Assembly (NCBI RefSeq): GCF_006345805.1
Contig: NW_021833699.1
Span: 1 to 55,628 of the forward strand
DNA from: Octopus sinensis
Taxonomy: Eukaryota
DNA: 55,628 nt
Direction of reading: 5' to 3'
Shown here: piece after piece, positions 54,960-55,628 of the stretch
Numbering within the stretch: the stretch's first letter is position 1
How the letters are laid out: the number at the start of each line of letters is the position of its first letter
The notes under the pieces: model-generated
Databases searched by the model: none
What the model saw: the letters and a program-made list of their open reading frames with translations, nothing else
Told to the model about the DNA's origin: nothing
Program-made: the position numbers and the translations under genes

Positions 54960-55628
54960 ATTAACCAAATTGAAAAGGAAGGCTACAGTTCAACGAGATG
55001 ATGGAGAAGGAAATGAAAGAGATACTCAGGATGGAATATTTCCAATTGGTTGTTGGGGCTCAAAATTGACCGGATGGAATAAAATCCCAGAGTTAATACA
55101 TGGGCGAAAGCATCACTTGGTATAGGCTTGATAAGGAGCTAATAATAAACTAGCAAAAGAAAGACTAATGAACATAGATATGAAGACAAGAAAAAGTTTG
55201 ACTGTGCACAGAACTTTCAACCTAAGAGTGACACCGATAGACTGTACTTGTCCAGAAGTAAGGGTTTGATCAGCCGTCCAAAAAGGGTTTGATCAGCCGT
55301 CCAGAAGAAAGGGTTTGATCAGCTGCAAGGAGTGTATCGAAGCGGAGAAAAAACGCTTAGGATGGTATGTAAAAAAATACTGTGGAACATTTGTTGAAAT
55401 ATGTGAGGAGCTTACATCATAAAAACTGATAATTGTGTCAAGAAAAGAAAAACTTAAGAACATAAAAAAAGGAACAGTATGGAAGGAGAAAATGTACAGT
55501 CAGTTTGCAAGAGATACGAACGCCTAGACAGATACAGAAGACCGTGGCTATGGATGAGGAGAAGGTGACCAAAGATAAAGAGAGAAGCACCCATATGTGT
55601 AGCTCAAGAACAAGTGTTAATGATTATG
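54960..55628 (+). mobile_element. R4/Dong-like LINE remnant running off the window
   Basis: KLTGWNK, DMKTRKSLTVHRTF/PKSDTDRLYLSRSKG, GLISCKECIEAEK, MYSQFARD, ICVAQEQ. Confidence 0.8.

Overview
AT-rich, gene-free eukaryotic DNA made almost entirely of microsatellites and transposable-element remnants. The SINE families and microsatellite load look like an Octopus/cephalopod genome (inferred from recall, not searched). No intact host protein-coding gene, rRNA, real tRNA or CRISPR array is supported, and nearly all ORFs in the track are translations of simple repeats. Recognisable content: three tRNA-derived SINE families (here A, B, C; more than 20 copies); a decayed Hsmar1-like mariner; a deleted DD37D/maT-like element; a Tc1/mariner MITE; a TTAA-flanked element with 152-bp TIRs and GG...CC ends (Kolobok-like); L1/Tx1, R4/Dong, RTE, CRE-like and CR1-like LINE fragments; and several short Penelope-like or fold-back insertions. 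Most worth a second look: a minimal type-I hammerhead-ribozyme fold with a non-canonical core (15600-15637, minus strand), the Kolobok-like element (7800-9455), a 14-bp minisatellite with higher-order structure capped by a perfect hairpin (167-392), a ~39-bp duplication flanking a SINE that copied a MITE end, and co-oriented clustering of different retro-elements in (TAA)n arrays. I found no convincing novel multi-gene system.
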